Position numbers and translations under genes: made by a program
Source of the DNA: a virus
DNA length: 64,000 bases
Virus record (IMG/VR): IMGVR_UViG_3300025168_000032
Coordinates: 121,653 to 185,652 of that record
Strand: one strand, 5' to 3'
In this document: piece after piece, positions 1-9,553 of the stretch
Layout: each line of letters starts with the position of its first letter
Position numbering within the stretch: position 1 is the first letter of the stretch
The notes under the pieces: model-generated
What the model was told of the DNA's origin: nothing
Seen by the model: only the letters and a program-made list of their open reading frames with translations
The model's database searches: none

Positions 1-37
1 TAGACAAAAAACTTAGCTAACAAAAGGAAAAAATATC

Positions 38-814
38 ATGGCTTTAAATATAGAACAAATGAGAGCAAAGCTCGAAGTGTCACGTAACGGTGGCAAAAAA
101 CAAGATAACACTAAATGGCGCCCTTCTGAGGGTGATCAAACTGTTCGCATCATTCCTACTGATGATGGTGACCCTTTCAAGGAATTTCATTTCCATTATA
201 ATGTTGGAAGGAACCCCGGCATTCTTTGCCCCAAACGTAATCATGGGGAAGACTGTCCAATATGTGATTTCGCCTCAAAGTTGTGGCGACAAGGTGTCGA
301 AGGTAACGACGATACCGCCAAAAGAGAAGCAAAGAAATTATTTGCTCGAAAGCGCTATTACTCACCGATTATTGTTAGAGGTGAGGAGAGCAAAGGCGTA
401 AGGGTGTGGGCTTATGGCAAAATGGCTTATGAGACTCTACTTTCTTACGTTTTAGATCCGGATTATGGTGACATTACTCATGCCGAAACAGGTACTGATG
501 TTGTACTTAACTATGCCATACCCGGAACTCCGGGATCTTTTCCCAAGACCACGCTTAAGCCCCGTCGACGGCCATCAGTGTTGTGTGATGAAGACGTAGC
601 TGATTGTGACGAATTATTAAACTCTGTACCTGAGATGGAGACTCTCTTTCAACGACATTCTACCTCCGAAGTTCAATCGTTGTTGGACGAATACCTATCC
701 TCCGATGAATCCTCCGAGTCTCTCTCAAGCGAAACGGGAAAATATAATAAACAAAAAACTGTCGATGATGCATTAAAATCATTTATGAACAACGATACAT
801 CAATGGTTCGATAG
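38..814 (+). CDS. Single-stranded DNA-binding protein, T4 gp32-like
   Basis: WRP..G...VRIIP, H(F)HY..G...CP.....CPIC Zn motif, KRYY..I.VRG, VWAYGK..Y, acidic Ser-rich C-tail; upstream of recA. Confidence 0.8.
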   Translation: MALNIEQMRAKLEVSRNGGKKQDNTKWRPSEGDQTVRIIPTDDGDPFKEFHFHYNVGRNPGILCPKRNHGEDCPICDFASKLWRQGVEGNDDTAKREAKKLFARKRYYSPIIVRGEESKGVRVWAYGKMAYETLLSYVLDPDYGDITHAETGTDVVLNYAIPGTPGSFPKTTLKPRRRPSVLCDEDVADCDELLNSVPEMETLFQRHSTSEVQSLLDEYLSSDESSESLSSETGKYNKQKTVDDALKSFMNNDTSMVR

Positions 815-830
815 TGTGGTTAAGTGTGAC

Positions 831-865
831 GCCCCCAGCACTATAAATATGGGGGCATTTTTTTT
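831..865 (+). terminator. Rho-independent terminator
   Basis: GCCCCCA-N12-TGGGGGC followed by A and T8, downstream of the SSB stop. Confidence 0.75.
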
Positions 866-877
866 ATTGGAGCAAAT

Positions 878-994
878 ATGAATATATTATTATTAATTTT
901 ATTAATCGCTTGTGGTGATGAGGAAGACTCAGCGTCAGACACAGGTGACGAAACAACAGAGACAGAGACTGAAGCCTATATTAGGTATCACTAA
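878..994 (+). CDS. 38-aa predicted lipoprotein (below ORF-track cutoff)
   Basis: GGAG RBS; MNILLLILLIACGDEEDSASDTGDETTETETEAYIRYH; lipobox LIAC. Confidence 0.6.
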   Translation: MNILLLILLIACGDEEDSASDTGDETTETETEAYIRYH

Positions 995-1005
995 AGGAGA
1001 AAACA

Positions 1006-2094
1006 ATGGGAAAGGTGATCGAAATGACTGAACACACAGGAAAAATTAACGTTGGCGACTTAGCCAAGAAAATAAATAAGAAATTGGGCATCAAAGTTGC
1101 CCACGATTTGAATGAATCTAACCCAGTCTCTGTTAAAGATTGGATTCCAACTGGGTCTCGTTGGCTTGACTGTTCAATTAAGCCCGGAGAATACGCTGGT
1201 ATCCCTGTCGGTAAAATCACAGAACTTGCTGGTTTATCTGGGGCTGGCAAGTCCTTTATGGCTGCTCAGATCGCAGGCAACGCTCAAAAGAAAGGTATGT
1301 TTGTCGTATATTTTGATGCAGAATCAGCGATAGATGAGGACTTTTTGGTGAAGGCTGGGTGCACCAAGGATCAATTGTTATATCAACAAGCAGTCTCAGT
1401 CGAAAAAACATTAGAAACGATGGAATATGTAATGGGCGAGTATAGTGATGCAAGAGTTCTGTTTATTTGGGATTCTATTGCTGCAACCCCATCTGAAAAA
1501 GACCTTGAAGGAGATTATAACCCTCAATCTTCAATGGCTGTGAAGCCAAGAATTTTTTCCAAGGCATTTCCCAAACTTACGATCCCATTGGCGAATACTG
1601 AATCAACACTATTGTTGATTAATCAGTTAAAGACAAACATCTCTTCACGACCAGCAGAGATGCTTATGGAGCCGTATATAGCTCCGGGTGGAAAAGCTAT
1701 TGAGTACTTTTCCTCTTTGCGTATTTGGCTTACAAAGAGAAGAGCAAAAGCGTCATTTGCACTTGACGATGATGGCGTAAGAGTCGGGTCTCACGTCAAG
1801 GCCTTCATAAAGAAATCCAGAATGGGATCAGAAGGAAGGGTATGTGAGTTCAAGATAATGTGGGGAGGTCCAAAGGTTAGAATACAAGATGAAGAGTCTT
1901 GGCTAGACGTCCTTAAAGTTTCAAAACACCCCAATTTCACGCTCTCTGGGGCGTGGTACACAATGGTAGGGAAAGATGGAAAAGGTGTTAAATTTCAATC
2001 AAAACAGTGGCTTACTAAGCTAAAAGAAGAGAGTTTTAGGGAGACTGTTATTTCTTTAATGGATGAAGTTCTGATAGAGAAATATAAGTCGTAG
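1006..2094 (+). CDS. recA: RecA/UvsX-family recombinase
   Basis: WIPTGSRWLD, Walker A GLSGAGKS, YFDAESA, Walker B IWDS, INQLK, PGGKAIEYFSSLRIWL. Confidence 0.93.
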   Translation: MGKVIEMTEHTGKINVGDLAKKINKKLGIKVAHDLNESNPVSVKDWIPTGSRWLDCSIKPGEYAGIPVGKITELAGLSGAGKSFMAAQIAGNAQKKGMFVVYFDAESAIDEDFLVKAGCTKDQLLYQQAVSVEKTLETMEYVMGEYSDARVLFIWDSIAATPSEKDLEGDYNPQSSMAVKPRIFSKAFPKLTIPLANTESTLLLINQLKTNISSRPAEMLMEPYIAPGGKAIEYFSSLRIWLTKRRAKASFALDDDGVRVGSHVKAFIKKSRMGSEGRVCEFKIMWGGPKVRIQDEESWLDVLKVSKHPNFTLSGAWYTMVGKDGKGVKFQSKQWLTKLKEESFRETVISLMDEVLIEKYKS

Positions 2095-2117
2095 TTTGTG
2101 TGTTTGATCATTGTGCT

Positions 2118-2149
2118 AACCCTCGGTTGAAATATACCGAGGGTTTTTT
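2118..2149 (+). terminator. Rho-independent terminator
   Basis: AACCCTCGGT-N8-ACCGAGGGTT then TTTT. Confidence 0.85.
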
Positions 2150-2151
2150 AT

Positions 2152-2180
2152 TTGACAAACATATGTGTATGGGTTACATT
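2152..2180 (+). promoter_or_regulatory. sigma70-type promoter
   Basis: TTGACA-N17-TACATT. Confidence 0.75.
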
Positions 2181-2200
2181 ACTTAAACATCGGAGGAAAT

Positions 2201-2632
2201 ATGAGTTATAGAGATTCATCAAACCAATCAGGGGACATCAGCGAAATAACAATTAAGCTTGATTTAATTAAGAAAGGATATGTGGTCTTAGAACCATCTT
2301 CTAGAGATTGTGTATATGACCTTGTTGTGGACATGGACGGAACCTTTGAGACAGTTCAGTGCAAAACAATGCAAAATAACAGCATAACAAAGATCGTAGA
2401 TCGATCAAATGAGGTTGTGTGCGCTGGCGGCAAAACAAGAAACTCATTGGACTATGCCGAGCATGGTGTTAATTGGCTAGTTGGTTGCCGCAAGGAGACA
2501 GCCGAAACATATTATTACAAACTTAAAACGTATGCTGCGATTCCGGGAAAATCGTTTAGTGTTCTGAAGAATCCACAAGACGGCTTTCCAAGTCGTGTAG
2601 TGCCAAATAGACACGCAAGGGGGAATAAATAA
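2201..2632 (+). CDS. PD-(D/E)XK nuclease, free-standing homing-endonuclease-like
   Basis: GDISE...L..KGY.V..P......YDLVVD......VQCK; start reassigned to the ATG after GGAGG at 2201. Confidence 0.7.
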   Translation: MSYRDSSNQSGDISEITIKLDLIKKGYVVLEPSSRDCVYDLVVDMDGTFETVQCKTMQNNSITKIVDRSNEVVCAGGKTRNSLDYAEHGVNWLVGCRKETAETYYYKLKTYAAIPGKSFSVLKNPQDGFPSRVVPNRHARGNK

Positions 2633-3615
2633 TGTTAAAACTTGAAGTAAAAAGAAGTGACAAAAAGAGAGTATTAATAATTGATGCTCTCAACATGTTC
2701 TTAAGAAGCTACACGATCATTCCAAGTATGAACCCCAAGGGCCTTCCCAACGGAGGTACAGTTGGGTTTATAAAATCGTTGCAAAAACTTTGTCGTGACT
2801 TTCGTCCAAGTGAAGTCGTTATTTGTTGGGATGGACATGGCGGTTCGGAAAAAAAGAGACAACTTAATAAGGAATACAAACAAGGTAGACGACCTGTGCG
2901 TTTCAACCGCAGAATGATTGAACTCCCAGAAGAAGATGTTTACAAAAACAGAAGAGATCAGCAACTAAGACTACATGAATATTTGAATGAGATGCCTGTT
3001 GTACAGTTGCAGCTTGATTATGTTGAAGCTGATGACATCATAGCGTATGTTGACACAAGAAGCAAGTATAAAGGCTGGGATAAAATAATAGTATCCTCTG
3101 ATAAAGACTTTTATCAACTATGTGAGGATGACCAAACATATATATGGAGACCCATTCAAAAAGAATTGATAAGTCAAAAACAACTAGTCTACAAGTTTGG
3201 AGTACACCCGGCTAACTTTGCACTGGTCAGGGCTATTGAAGGAGACTCATCAGATAACCTCAAGGGCGTACCAAGAATAGGTATGAAAACTGTTGTTAAA
3301 TATTTTCCTTTTGTCGATAAACCACAGAAGATCTCTTGTTCAGAAATATTCACACACTGTCAAATGGAAAAAAACAAGAAATCTGTTCACAATAAGTTGC
3401 TAGAACACAAAGAACTTGTTAAGAATAACTATACTATTATGCAGTTATACGATCCAAATATTTCTCTACAAGGTAAGCAACAGATTGATTATACTTTATC
3501 TAATTATAAGCCCCTGTTTAGTAAGATAAACGTTAGTAAAATGCTTATGGAAGATGGACAAGGATCGTTGAACTTGACTGACATGTGGGTTGCTTTTAGG
3601 AAAATTGTACAGTAG
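2632..3615 (+). CDS. 5'-3' exonuclease (T4 RNase H / Pol I 5'-exo, FEN family)
   Basis: LIIDALN, CWDG, YKQGR, EADDIIA, SSDKDFYQL, GDSSDNLKGVPRIG.KT (H3TH). Confidence 0.92.
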   Translation: MLKLEVKRSDKKRVLIIDALNMFLRSYTIIPSMNPKGLPNGGTVGFIKSLQKLCRDFRPSEVVICWDGHGGSEKKRQLNKEYKQGRRPVRFNRRMIELPEEDVYKNRRDQQLRLHEYLNEMPVVQLQLDYVEADDIIAYVDTRSKYKGWDKIIVSSDKDFYQLCEDDQTYIWRPIQKELISQKQLVYKFGVHPANFALVRAIEGDSSDNLKGVPRIGMKTVVKYFPFVDKPQKISCSEIFTHCQMEKNKKSVHNKLLEHKELVKNNYTIMQLYDPNISLQGKQQIDYTLSNYKPLFSKINVSKMLMEDGQGSLNLTDMWVAFRKIVQ

Positions 3616-3638
3616 TTATAAAACATTCGGAGGATGAT

Positions 3639-5000
3639 ATGGAATTAAAACATGAAACTTTTCAAAGGTTTGGAAAGACATTTCAAGAGAACTTGTGCCA
3701 CCTGATGCTTCAGGATAGGACATTTTGTGATCAGATATGCGAAGTACTCGACGTAGAATATTTACAGTACGAACACCTTAAAGTATTCGCGAATATGTTA
3801 ATAGAGTACAGAGCCAAATATAGACAGCACCCAAGCTATGAGATTATGGCGACCAATATAACCTCTGGCTTAGGGTCATACACAGATGCACTACAGAAGC
3901 AAATAAGACAGTTTTATGCTAAAGTTATTAACTCTCACGAGATCGATGGATCTGATTTCATTAAAGAACATGCCATTGATTTTTGCCGTAAGCAGGTACT
4001 TAAAAAAGCGATGATTCAGTCTGTTAAGCTTCTTAAGTCGTCTTCATTCGAGGAAATTGCTACTGTTATTGAAGATGCAATGAAGCTTGGTACGAACGTT
4101 GATTTTGGACATGATTATCATATGGATATCGACGATCGCTTCAGACTTAAATCCAGAAACCCAGTGTCGACAGGGTGGAAGAGAGTTGACGAGGTTTGTC
4201 AGGGTGGTCTTGGTAAATCAGAGCTTGGTGTTGCCATAGCTCCAACTGGCGCTGGAAAGAGTATGCTTATGGTGCATCTTGGGGCAACGGCCCTAAAGGA
4301 GGGTAAAACTGTTGTCTATTACACTCTAGAATTGGCAGACACGGTAGTTGGCCAAAGGTTCGACTCTTGCATAACAGGGATTAAACTTAATGATTTATTA
4401 AGAAACAAATTTAATATTGTGGAACAGGTAAAAGACATCAAAGGCCATCTAATTATTAAAGAATATCCAACAAAGTCGGCAAGTACTCAAACAATAAAGA
4501 GTCATATAGAGCGCCTCAAAAAGAGGGGCATAAACCCTGATATGATAATAGTAGATTACGCTGATTTACTCCGTCCAGTTAAAAGCTACGGAGAGAAACG
4601 CCACGACCTAGAGAGTATATATGAAGAACTTAGATCTATCGCACAAACCTATGAATGTCCAGTTTGGACATGTTCACAAACTAATCGTGGCGGCCTAAAT
4701 GCAGAAGTCATTACTATGGAGTCTATCTCCGAAGCGTTTAATAAATGTTTTGTCGCAGATTTTATATTCTCGCTGTCCAGAACAGCACAAGACAAACAGG
4801 CAAATACAGGACGATTCTTTATTGCCAAGAATAGAAACGGTCCTGATGGTTTGGTGTTCCCTATTTTTATGGACACATCAAATGTATCGATTAAGGCATT
4901 AGAGAGAACAGAGATGACAAGTGATGATAAACCCCAGCCTACGGCAAAGAGTAATCTCACATATTTGAGAGACAAGTACGCAGAAGTTCGAGGAAAATAG
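3639..5000 (+). CDS. dnaB: Replicative DnaB/gp41-family helicase
   Basis: STGW..VD, Walker A APTGAGKS, YTLEL, IIKEYPT, IVDYADL, SQTNR, KNRNG. Confidence 0.92.
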   Translation: MELKHETFQRFGKTFQENLCHLMLQDRTFCDQICEVLDVEYLQYEHLKVFANMLIEYRAKYRQHPSYEIMATNITSGLGSYTDALQKQIRQFYAKVINSHEIDGSDFIKEHAIDFCRKQVLKKAMIQSVKLLKSSSFEEIATVIEDAMKLGTNVDFGHDYHMDIDDRFRLKSRNPVSTGWKRVDEVCQGGLGKSELGVAIAPTGAGKSMLMVHLGATALKEGKTVVYYTLELADTVVGQRFDSCITGIKLNDLLRNKFNIVEQVKDIKGHLIIKEYPTKSASTQTIKSHIERLKKRGINPDMIIVDYADLLRPVKSYGEKRHDLESIYEELRSIAQTYECPVWTCSQTNRGGLNAEVITMESISEAFNKCFVADFIFSLSRTAQDKQANTGRFFIAKNRNGPDGLVFPIFMDTSNVSIKALERTEMTSDDKPQPTAKSNLTYLRDKYAEVRGK

Positions 5001-5010
5001 GAGACCCACA

Positions 5011-6873
5011 ATGAACATAGCAAATAAAATATTATCGGATATAACAGTGCATATGAAGTATGCAAGATACTTACCGGAAAAGAATCGCAGAGAGACTTGG
5101 GATGAATTAGTAACAAGAAACAAGACTATGCATCTTAAAAAGTTTCCTAAGTTGAAACATGAGATTGAGGAAGCGTACAAATTCGTATATGATAAGAAGG
5201 TATTACCTTCTATGCGCTCAATGCAGTTTGCAGGAAAACCTATTGAGATTAGTCCCAATCGGGTGTTTAATTGCGCCTACGCTCCTATAGACGATGTTCG
5301 TGTTTTTGGTGAAATAATGTTTTTATTATTAGGCGGAACCGGTGTTGGATTTTCAGTGCAAAGCCACCATGTGGAGAAATTGCCACCCGTCCTTAAGCCA
5401 AATAAGAAAAGAACAAGAAGGTTTTTGATTGGAGATTCCATCGAGGGCTGGTCAGATGCAGTAACAGCGCTGATAAAATCTTATTTCAAAGGAACTTCTC
5501 AGTTGAGATTCGATTATTCAGACATACGTGCAAAGGGCGAGAGACTAGTTACAAGTGGGGGCAAAGCTCCCGGACCACGACCTCTTCGGGAGTGCTTGGT
5601 TAAAGTCGAAGGTATGCTTGATGCAAAAGAAAACGGAGAAAGACTCAGTTCTATCGAGGTTCATGACGTGGTATGTCATGTGGCAGATGCTGTTTTGGCT
5701 GGTGGTATTCGTCGCGCTGCTCTCATATCTTTGTTTAGTATTGACGATGAGAATATGCTTGCTTCCAAGTCGGGTAACTGGTGGGAAACTAACCCCCAGC
5801 GCGGCCGGGCTAATAATTCTGCTGTCATTATGCGTCACCGCATTGATAAAGATACATTTATGAAAATATGGGAAAGAATCAGGGAATCAGGCAGCGGAGA
5901 GCCCGGTATATATTTAACAAATGATAAAGAGTATGGTTGCAACCCTTGTTGCGAGATTGCCCTTCGTCCATATCAGTTTTGTAATTTGACAGAAGTAAAT
6001 GTTAGTGATGTGGTCTCCCAAAAAGAGTATGAAGATAGAGCGAGAGCCGGGTCTTTCATCGGGACCTTACAAGCGTCTTACACTGACTTTCATTATTTAA
6101 GACCAGTGTGGCAGAGAAACACAGAAAAGGATTATTTAATTGGGGTTTCAATGACAGGGATAGCATCAGGCTTTGTAGAAGGTCTGGATATGGAACAAGC
6201 AGCCAGAGTAGTGGCTAACGAGAATCATAGAGTAGCCAACCTTGTCGGGATAAAACCTGCTGCGCGTTGCACCACTACAAAACCAGCAGGAACAACCTCG
6301 TTGGTTTTAGGAACATCGAGTGGTATTCATGCATGGCATAACGATACTTACATCAGAAGGTTGAGAGTTGGAAAGAACGAGGCAATTTATTCTTATTTAC
6401 TAAAAAATCACCCAGAATTGGTTGAGGATGAATACTTCCGACCACACGATACAGCAGTTATATCAGTTCCACAAAAGGCTCCGTTGGGTGCCACAACAAG
6501 GGTAGAAAGCGCGTTGAATCTCTTGGAGAGGGTTAAGAACGTTCACTTAAAGTGGGTCAAGACTGGGCACCGTAGCGGCCAGAACACAAACAATGTTTCA
6601 GCCACAATCAATATAAAAGAAACAGAATGGGATGAAGTCGGAGAGTGGATGTGGGATAACAGGAAAAACTATAATGGTTTAGCCATTTTACCCCATGATG
6701 GCGGCAGCTATCGGCAAGCTCCTTTTGAAGACTGCACAGAAGAGAAATACAATGAAATGTTAAAACATCTTGTTGATATAGATTTGACACAAGTTATAGA
6801 GACAGAAGACGAAACTGATCTTAAAGGTGAAATTGCCTGTGCCGGTGGAACCTGCACCGTTGAATTTCTATAG
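5011..6873 (+). CDS. nrdJ: Class II (adenosylcobalamin-dependent) monomeric ribonucleotide reductase
   Basis: LPSMR, FNCA, GTGVGF, GGIRRAA, NPCCEI, CNLTE, TTKPAGT, C-terminal CAGGTC; no beta subunit nearby. Confidence 0.9.
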   Translation: MNIANKILSDITVHMKYARYLPEKNRRETWDELVTRNKTMHLKKFPKLKHEIEEAYKFVYDKKVLPSMRSMQFAGKPIEISPNRVFNCAYAPIDDVRVFGEIMFLLLGGTGVGFSVQSHHVEKLPPVLKPNKKRTRRFLIGDSIEGWSDAVTALIKSYFKGTSQLRFDYSDIRAKGERLVTSGGKAPGPRPLRECLVKVEGMLDAKENGERLSSIEVHDVVCHVADAVLAGGIRRAALISLFSIDDENMLASKSGNWWETNPQRGRANNSAVIMRHRIDKDTFMKIWERIRESGSGEPGIYLTNDKEYGCNPCCEIALRPYQFCNLTEVNVSDVVSQKEYEDRARAGSFIGTLQASYTDFHYLRPVWQRNTEKDYLIGVSMTGIASGFVEGLDMEQAARVVANENHRVANLVGIKPAARCTTTKPAGTTSLVLGTSSGIHAWHNDTYIRRLRVGKNEAIYSYLLKNHPELVEDEYFRPHDTAVISVPQKAPLGATTRVESALNLLERVKNVHLKWVKTGHRSGQNTNNVSATINIKETEWDEVGEWMWDNRKNYNGLAILPHDGGSYRQAPFEDCTEEKYNEMLKHLVDIDLTQVIETEDETDLKGEIACAGGTCTVEFL

Positions 6874-6921
6874 AGCAACTAAAAAATAGTAAAATATCAT
6901 TTTAAAAAACCGGAGGATAAA

Positions 6922-7524
6922 ATGAAAGCAATAATGAATGTATCACCTTTACTTAAGGACCATGAATTGAGATATCGCCCAATTGTTATCTCTGTCAACG
7001 AGTTTGACGAAAAATCTGCAAAAGAGTTCTCGCAAAAGATGACTCTCGCACACAACACGGGACAGCCAGTTATACCTATCGTGATTGATTCCTATGGCGG
7101 TCAGGTCTATTCTCTTATGAATATGATCGCAGAAATAGAGAATTCATCACTACCGGTCATGACAATCGCCCAAGGTAAAGCAATGTCTTGTGGCGCTGTT
7201 TTACTGTCCTATGGATCGGAAGGGATGCGATACGCGGCCCCTACTGCGACAATTATGATTCATGATGTGGCGGCTGGTGCAATGGGAAAAATAGAAGATC
7301 TTAAGTCTAAAACAAGGGAAGCCAACAGGCTTAACAAAAAGATATTCTCGATGATGGATAAAAACTGCGGAAAACCCGAGGGGTTCTTTTTGGATAAGCT
7401 TCAGCAGAAGAGTCGAGCAGACTGGTATTTAACAGCGAAAAAAGCTAAGAAGCATAACCTTGTAAATCATTTGCGAGTCCCCACTATGAAAATCAATATA
7501 GGTGTATCAATAACAGTAAAATAA
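6922..7524 (+). CDS. clpP: ClpP-like serine protease, complete triad
   Basis: IDSYGG, AMSCG (Ser), IMIHD (His), ADWYLTA (Asp). Confidence 0.88.
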   Translation: MKAIMNVSPLLKDHELRYRPIVISVNEFDEKSAKEFSQKMTLAHNTGQPVIPIVIDSYGGQVYSLMNMIAEIENSSLPVMTIAQGKAMSCGAVLLSYGSEGMRYAAPTATIMIHDVAAGAMGKIEDLKSKTREANRLNKKIFSMMDKNCGKPEGFFLDKLQQKSRADWYLTAKKAKKHNLVNHLRVPTMKINIGVSITVK

Positions 7525-7529
7525 ATTAC

Positions 7530-7558
7530 TTGACTTTATACTCTTAGCATGTTATAAT
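7530..7558 (+). promoter_or_regulatory. sigma70-type promoter
   Basis: TTGACT-N17-TATAAT with TG extension. Confidence 0.8.
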
Positions 7559-7592
7559 ATATAATGTGTTAAGAGTTTTTTTGGAGGTTATT

Positions 7593-7886
7593 ATGAACTT
7601 TAAGCCGTTTAATCGTTATATTTTAGTGGAACCAGTCGAGGAAAAAGAAGAAGGATTTACAGCGACAATAGTACTACCGGAAAATTACACCAAACCGGTG
7701 TCTGCTTATCTTAGGTGTGTAGTATTGTCTGTCTCTAGAGATTCCAAATTTTCATCCCTCCTTTCGAAAGGGGATGAAATTATAATTGAAAGAAGAATGC
7801 TCTGTAATGTTGATATAACAGAAAAACCAGTCTATTTAGTATTAGAAAATTATATTTATGGGAGTATTACAGATGAAAATAACTAG
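7593..7886 (+). CDS. groES: Co-chaperonin GroES/Cpn10-like
   Basis: FKPFNRYILVEPVE, IVLPE, GDEII, LVLENYIYG; start after GGAGG. Confidence 0.75.
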   Translation: MNFKPFNRYILVEPVEEKEEGFTATIVLPENYTKPVSAYLRCVVLSVSRDSKFSSLLSKGDEIIIERRMLCNVDITEKPVYLVLENYIYGSITDENN

Positions 7887-8547
7887 AGAACTTTTAAAAG
7901 AGCTTATTACTGAGACTATGAAAGAAAACACAATGATCCTGTCTGAGGCCAGAGTAGATCTCAGCCTTGACAATATCATGAATATGTTGAAAGACAAAAA
8001 CCCAAAGGCGACCTTACAGAGAGTGGGTATCATGACTGCTGAAAACCCAAGAGGTGTTAAGAGCGACGCTCAGTCAAACATGGAAATGTTACAAGATTTC
8101 AAACAAACTCTAGATCGATCTTCACTGGACTATGTTGAGATGGGTGGGAAGTACGGAAGCCCAGAAAACAGTTTGTTAATTTTAAATCCAACCAAGATGG
8201 ATATTATATCATTCGGTAAGAAATATGGTCAAGCTGCTGTAATTTACGGTCAAAGATTAAAGAGAAACTATCGTGAAGGACAAGAATCTCAATATTTTAG
8301 AATTGACTATTATCAAACAGAACCAGATGGAGAAAAAGATCCAGATTATGGCCCTCAAGAATACTATCTAGTTGACTCAAGAGACATGGTTGTATCTGAT
8401 GACACAAGGCAAGATTATTACAGCGAGATTGGCGGCCGAAAGTTTTATATTCCGTTTTTCTCTGAAACCCCTGAACATAAAATGGGTGATGAATCTGGCG
8501 TAGTTGCCTCTGATCCTGAAAGTGAAATAAAATCCTACATGAGGTAA
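7873..8547 (+). CDS. DUF3293-like protein with MKITRELLKELITE leader
   Basis: GIMTAENPRG, G.Y..PE.S, GKKYGQ.AVI. Confidence 0.55.
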   Translation: MKITRELLKELITETMKENTMILSEARVDLSLDNIMNMLKDKNPKATLQRVGIMTAENPRGVKSDAQSNMEMLQDFKQTLDRSSLDYVEMGGKYGSPENSLLILNPTKMDIISFGKKYGQAAVIYGQRLKRNYREGQESQYFRIDYYQTEPDGEKDPDYGPQEYYLVDSRDMVVSDDTRQDYYSEIGGRKFYIPFFSETPEHKMGDESGVVASDPESEIKSYMR

Positions 8548-9279
8548 ATGATGGAAGAATATGATAAAAGTATCAATTTGTATAGTGACGGCATTGGTTC
8601 GGTATGTTACGTTGATCATATGGGCAGCGACATTACCGTTGTTAACAGCGCAAGGGTTAGTTTTGGTGTGCAAAAGTCTGATCTTGATGGGCGCGACAAG
8701 CGACTTATTAATTACCTTATCAAACATAGGCACACCTCTACATTGGAACATAATCTTGTTACCTTTAAATTTGTTGTGCCTTTGTTCGTTCGTTCTCAGC
8801 ACCATCGCCATAGAACATGGTCCTACAATGAGATTTCTAGAAGATATACCGACAAGGATCTACAATTTTATGAACCAAAGCAATTCAGAACGCAACACAA
8901 GTCAAACCGACAAGCTTCCAACCCAGACGAGTTAATAGATCCTAATTGGAGTCGTATATACAATTCAGTTATCCCAACTAAAACGAGAACCGCGTCTGAA
9001 GTGGTAAAAGCTCATCACGAATCAAGTCTAAAGCTTTTTTATACACTCATTGACAAAGGAGTGTGTAGAGAACAAGCTCGCGGAGTTCTACCACAGAACC
9101 TCTACACTGAATTCTACGGCACAGTAAATCTATCCAACCTCTTGAAGTTTATTGACCTTCGCACACACGAAGGAGCACAATGGGAGATTCAAAAAGTGGC
9201 GGAGGCCTGCTTGGAAATAGCAACAGATCTATGGCCGGTGACTGTTAATTCATACAGGAAACTGCGAGGTGGGACATAA
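8548..9279 (+). CDS. thyX: Flavin-dependent thymidylate synthase
   Basis: ARVSF, HTSTLEH, RHRTWSYNEISRRY, EQARGVLP, LR....AQWEI. Confidence 0.95.
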   Translation: MMEEYDKSINLYSDGIGSVCYVDHMGSDITVVNSARVSFGVQKSDLDGRDKRLINYLIKHRHTSTLEHNLVTFKFVVPLFVRSQHHRHRTWSYNEISRRYTDKDLQFYEPKQFRTQHKSNRQASNPDELIDPNWSRIYNSVIPTKTRTASEVVKAHHESSLKLFYTLIDKGVCREQARGVLPQNLYTEFYGTVNLSNLLKFIDLRTHEGAQWEIQKVAEACLEIATDLWPVTVNSYRKLRGGT

Positions 9280-9553
9280 GTTCAAAGTTGGAGATCTTGT
9301 GGAACTAAGTGATTTTGGCCAAACTATGGCTGGCGATTGGAGTATAAAATACGGCGTGGTAGTGAAAGGGCCCTATAGCATGGGATTACCGGGAGGCCAA
9401 GAGCCAGAGGGATACTACATAGCATATGATATAATGCTGGGTGATGAACTAATTAAGAGGATACCAATTCAATTTATTATGAGGATGGACAAAGATGAAG
9501 AAAATAATAAATCAGTGGAAAAAATGGTCATTCGAGACCCCAAAGAGTGGTAA
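9269..9553 (+). CDS. Small SH3/KOW-like protein (GDLV family)
   Basis: FKVGDLVEL...YGVVV. Confidence 0.55.
   Translation: MGHKFKVGDLVELSDFGQTMAGDWSIKYGVVVKGPYSMGLPGGQEPEGYYIAYDIMLGDELIKRIPIQFIMRMDKDEENNKSVEKMVIRDPKEW

Noticed and set aside
842-849. T4 late promoter TATAAATA
   Set aside because: A single occurrence noticed, in a terminator loop; late-type genes here are instead preceded by CTANTTA.
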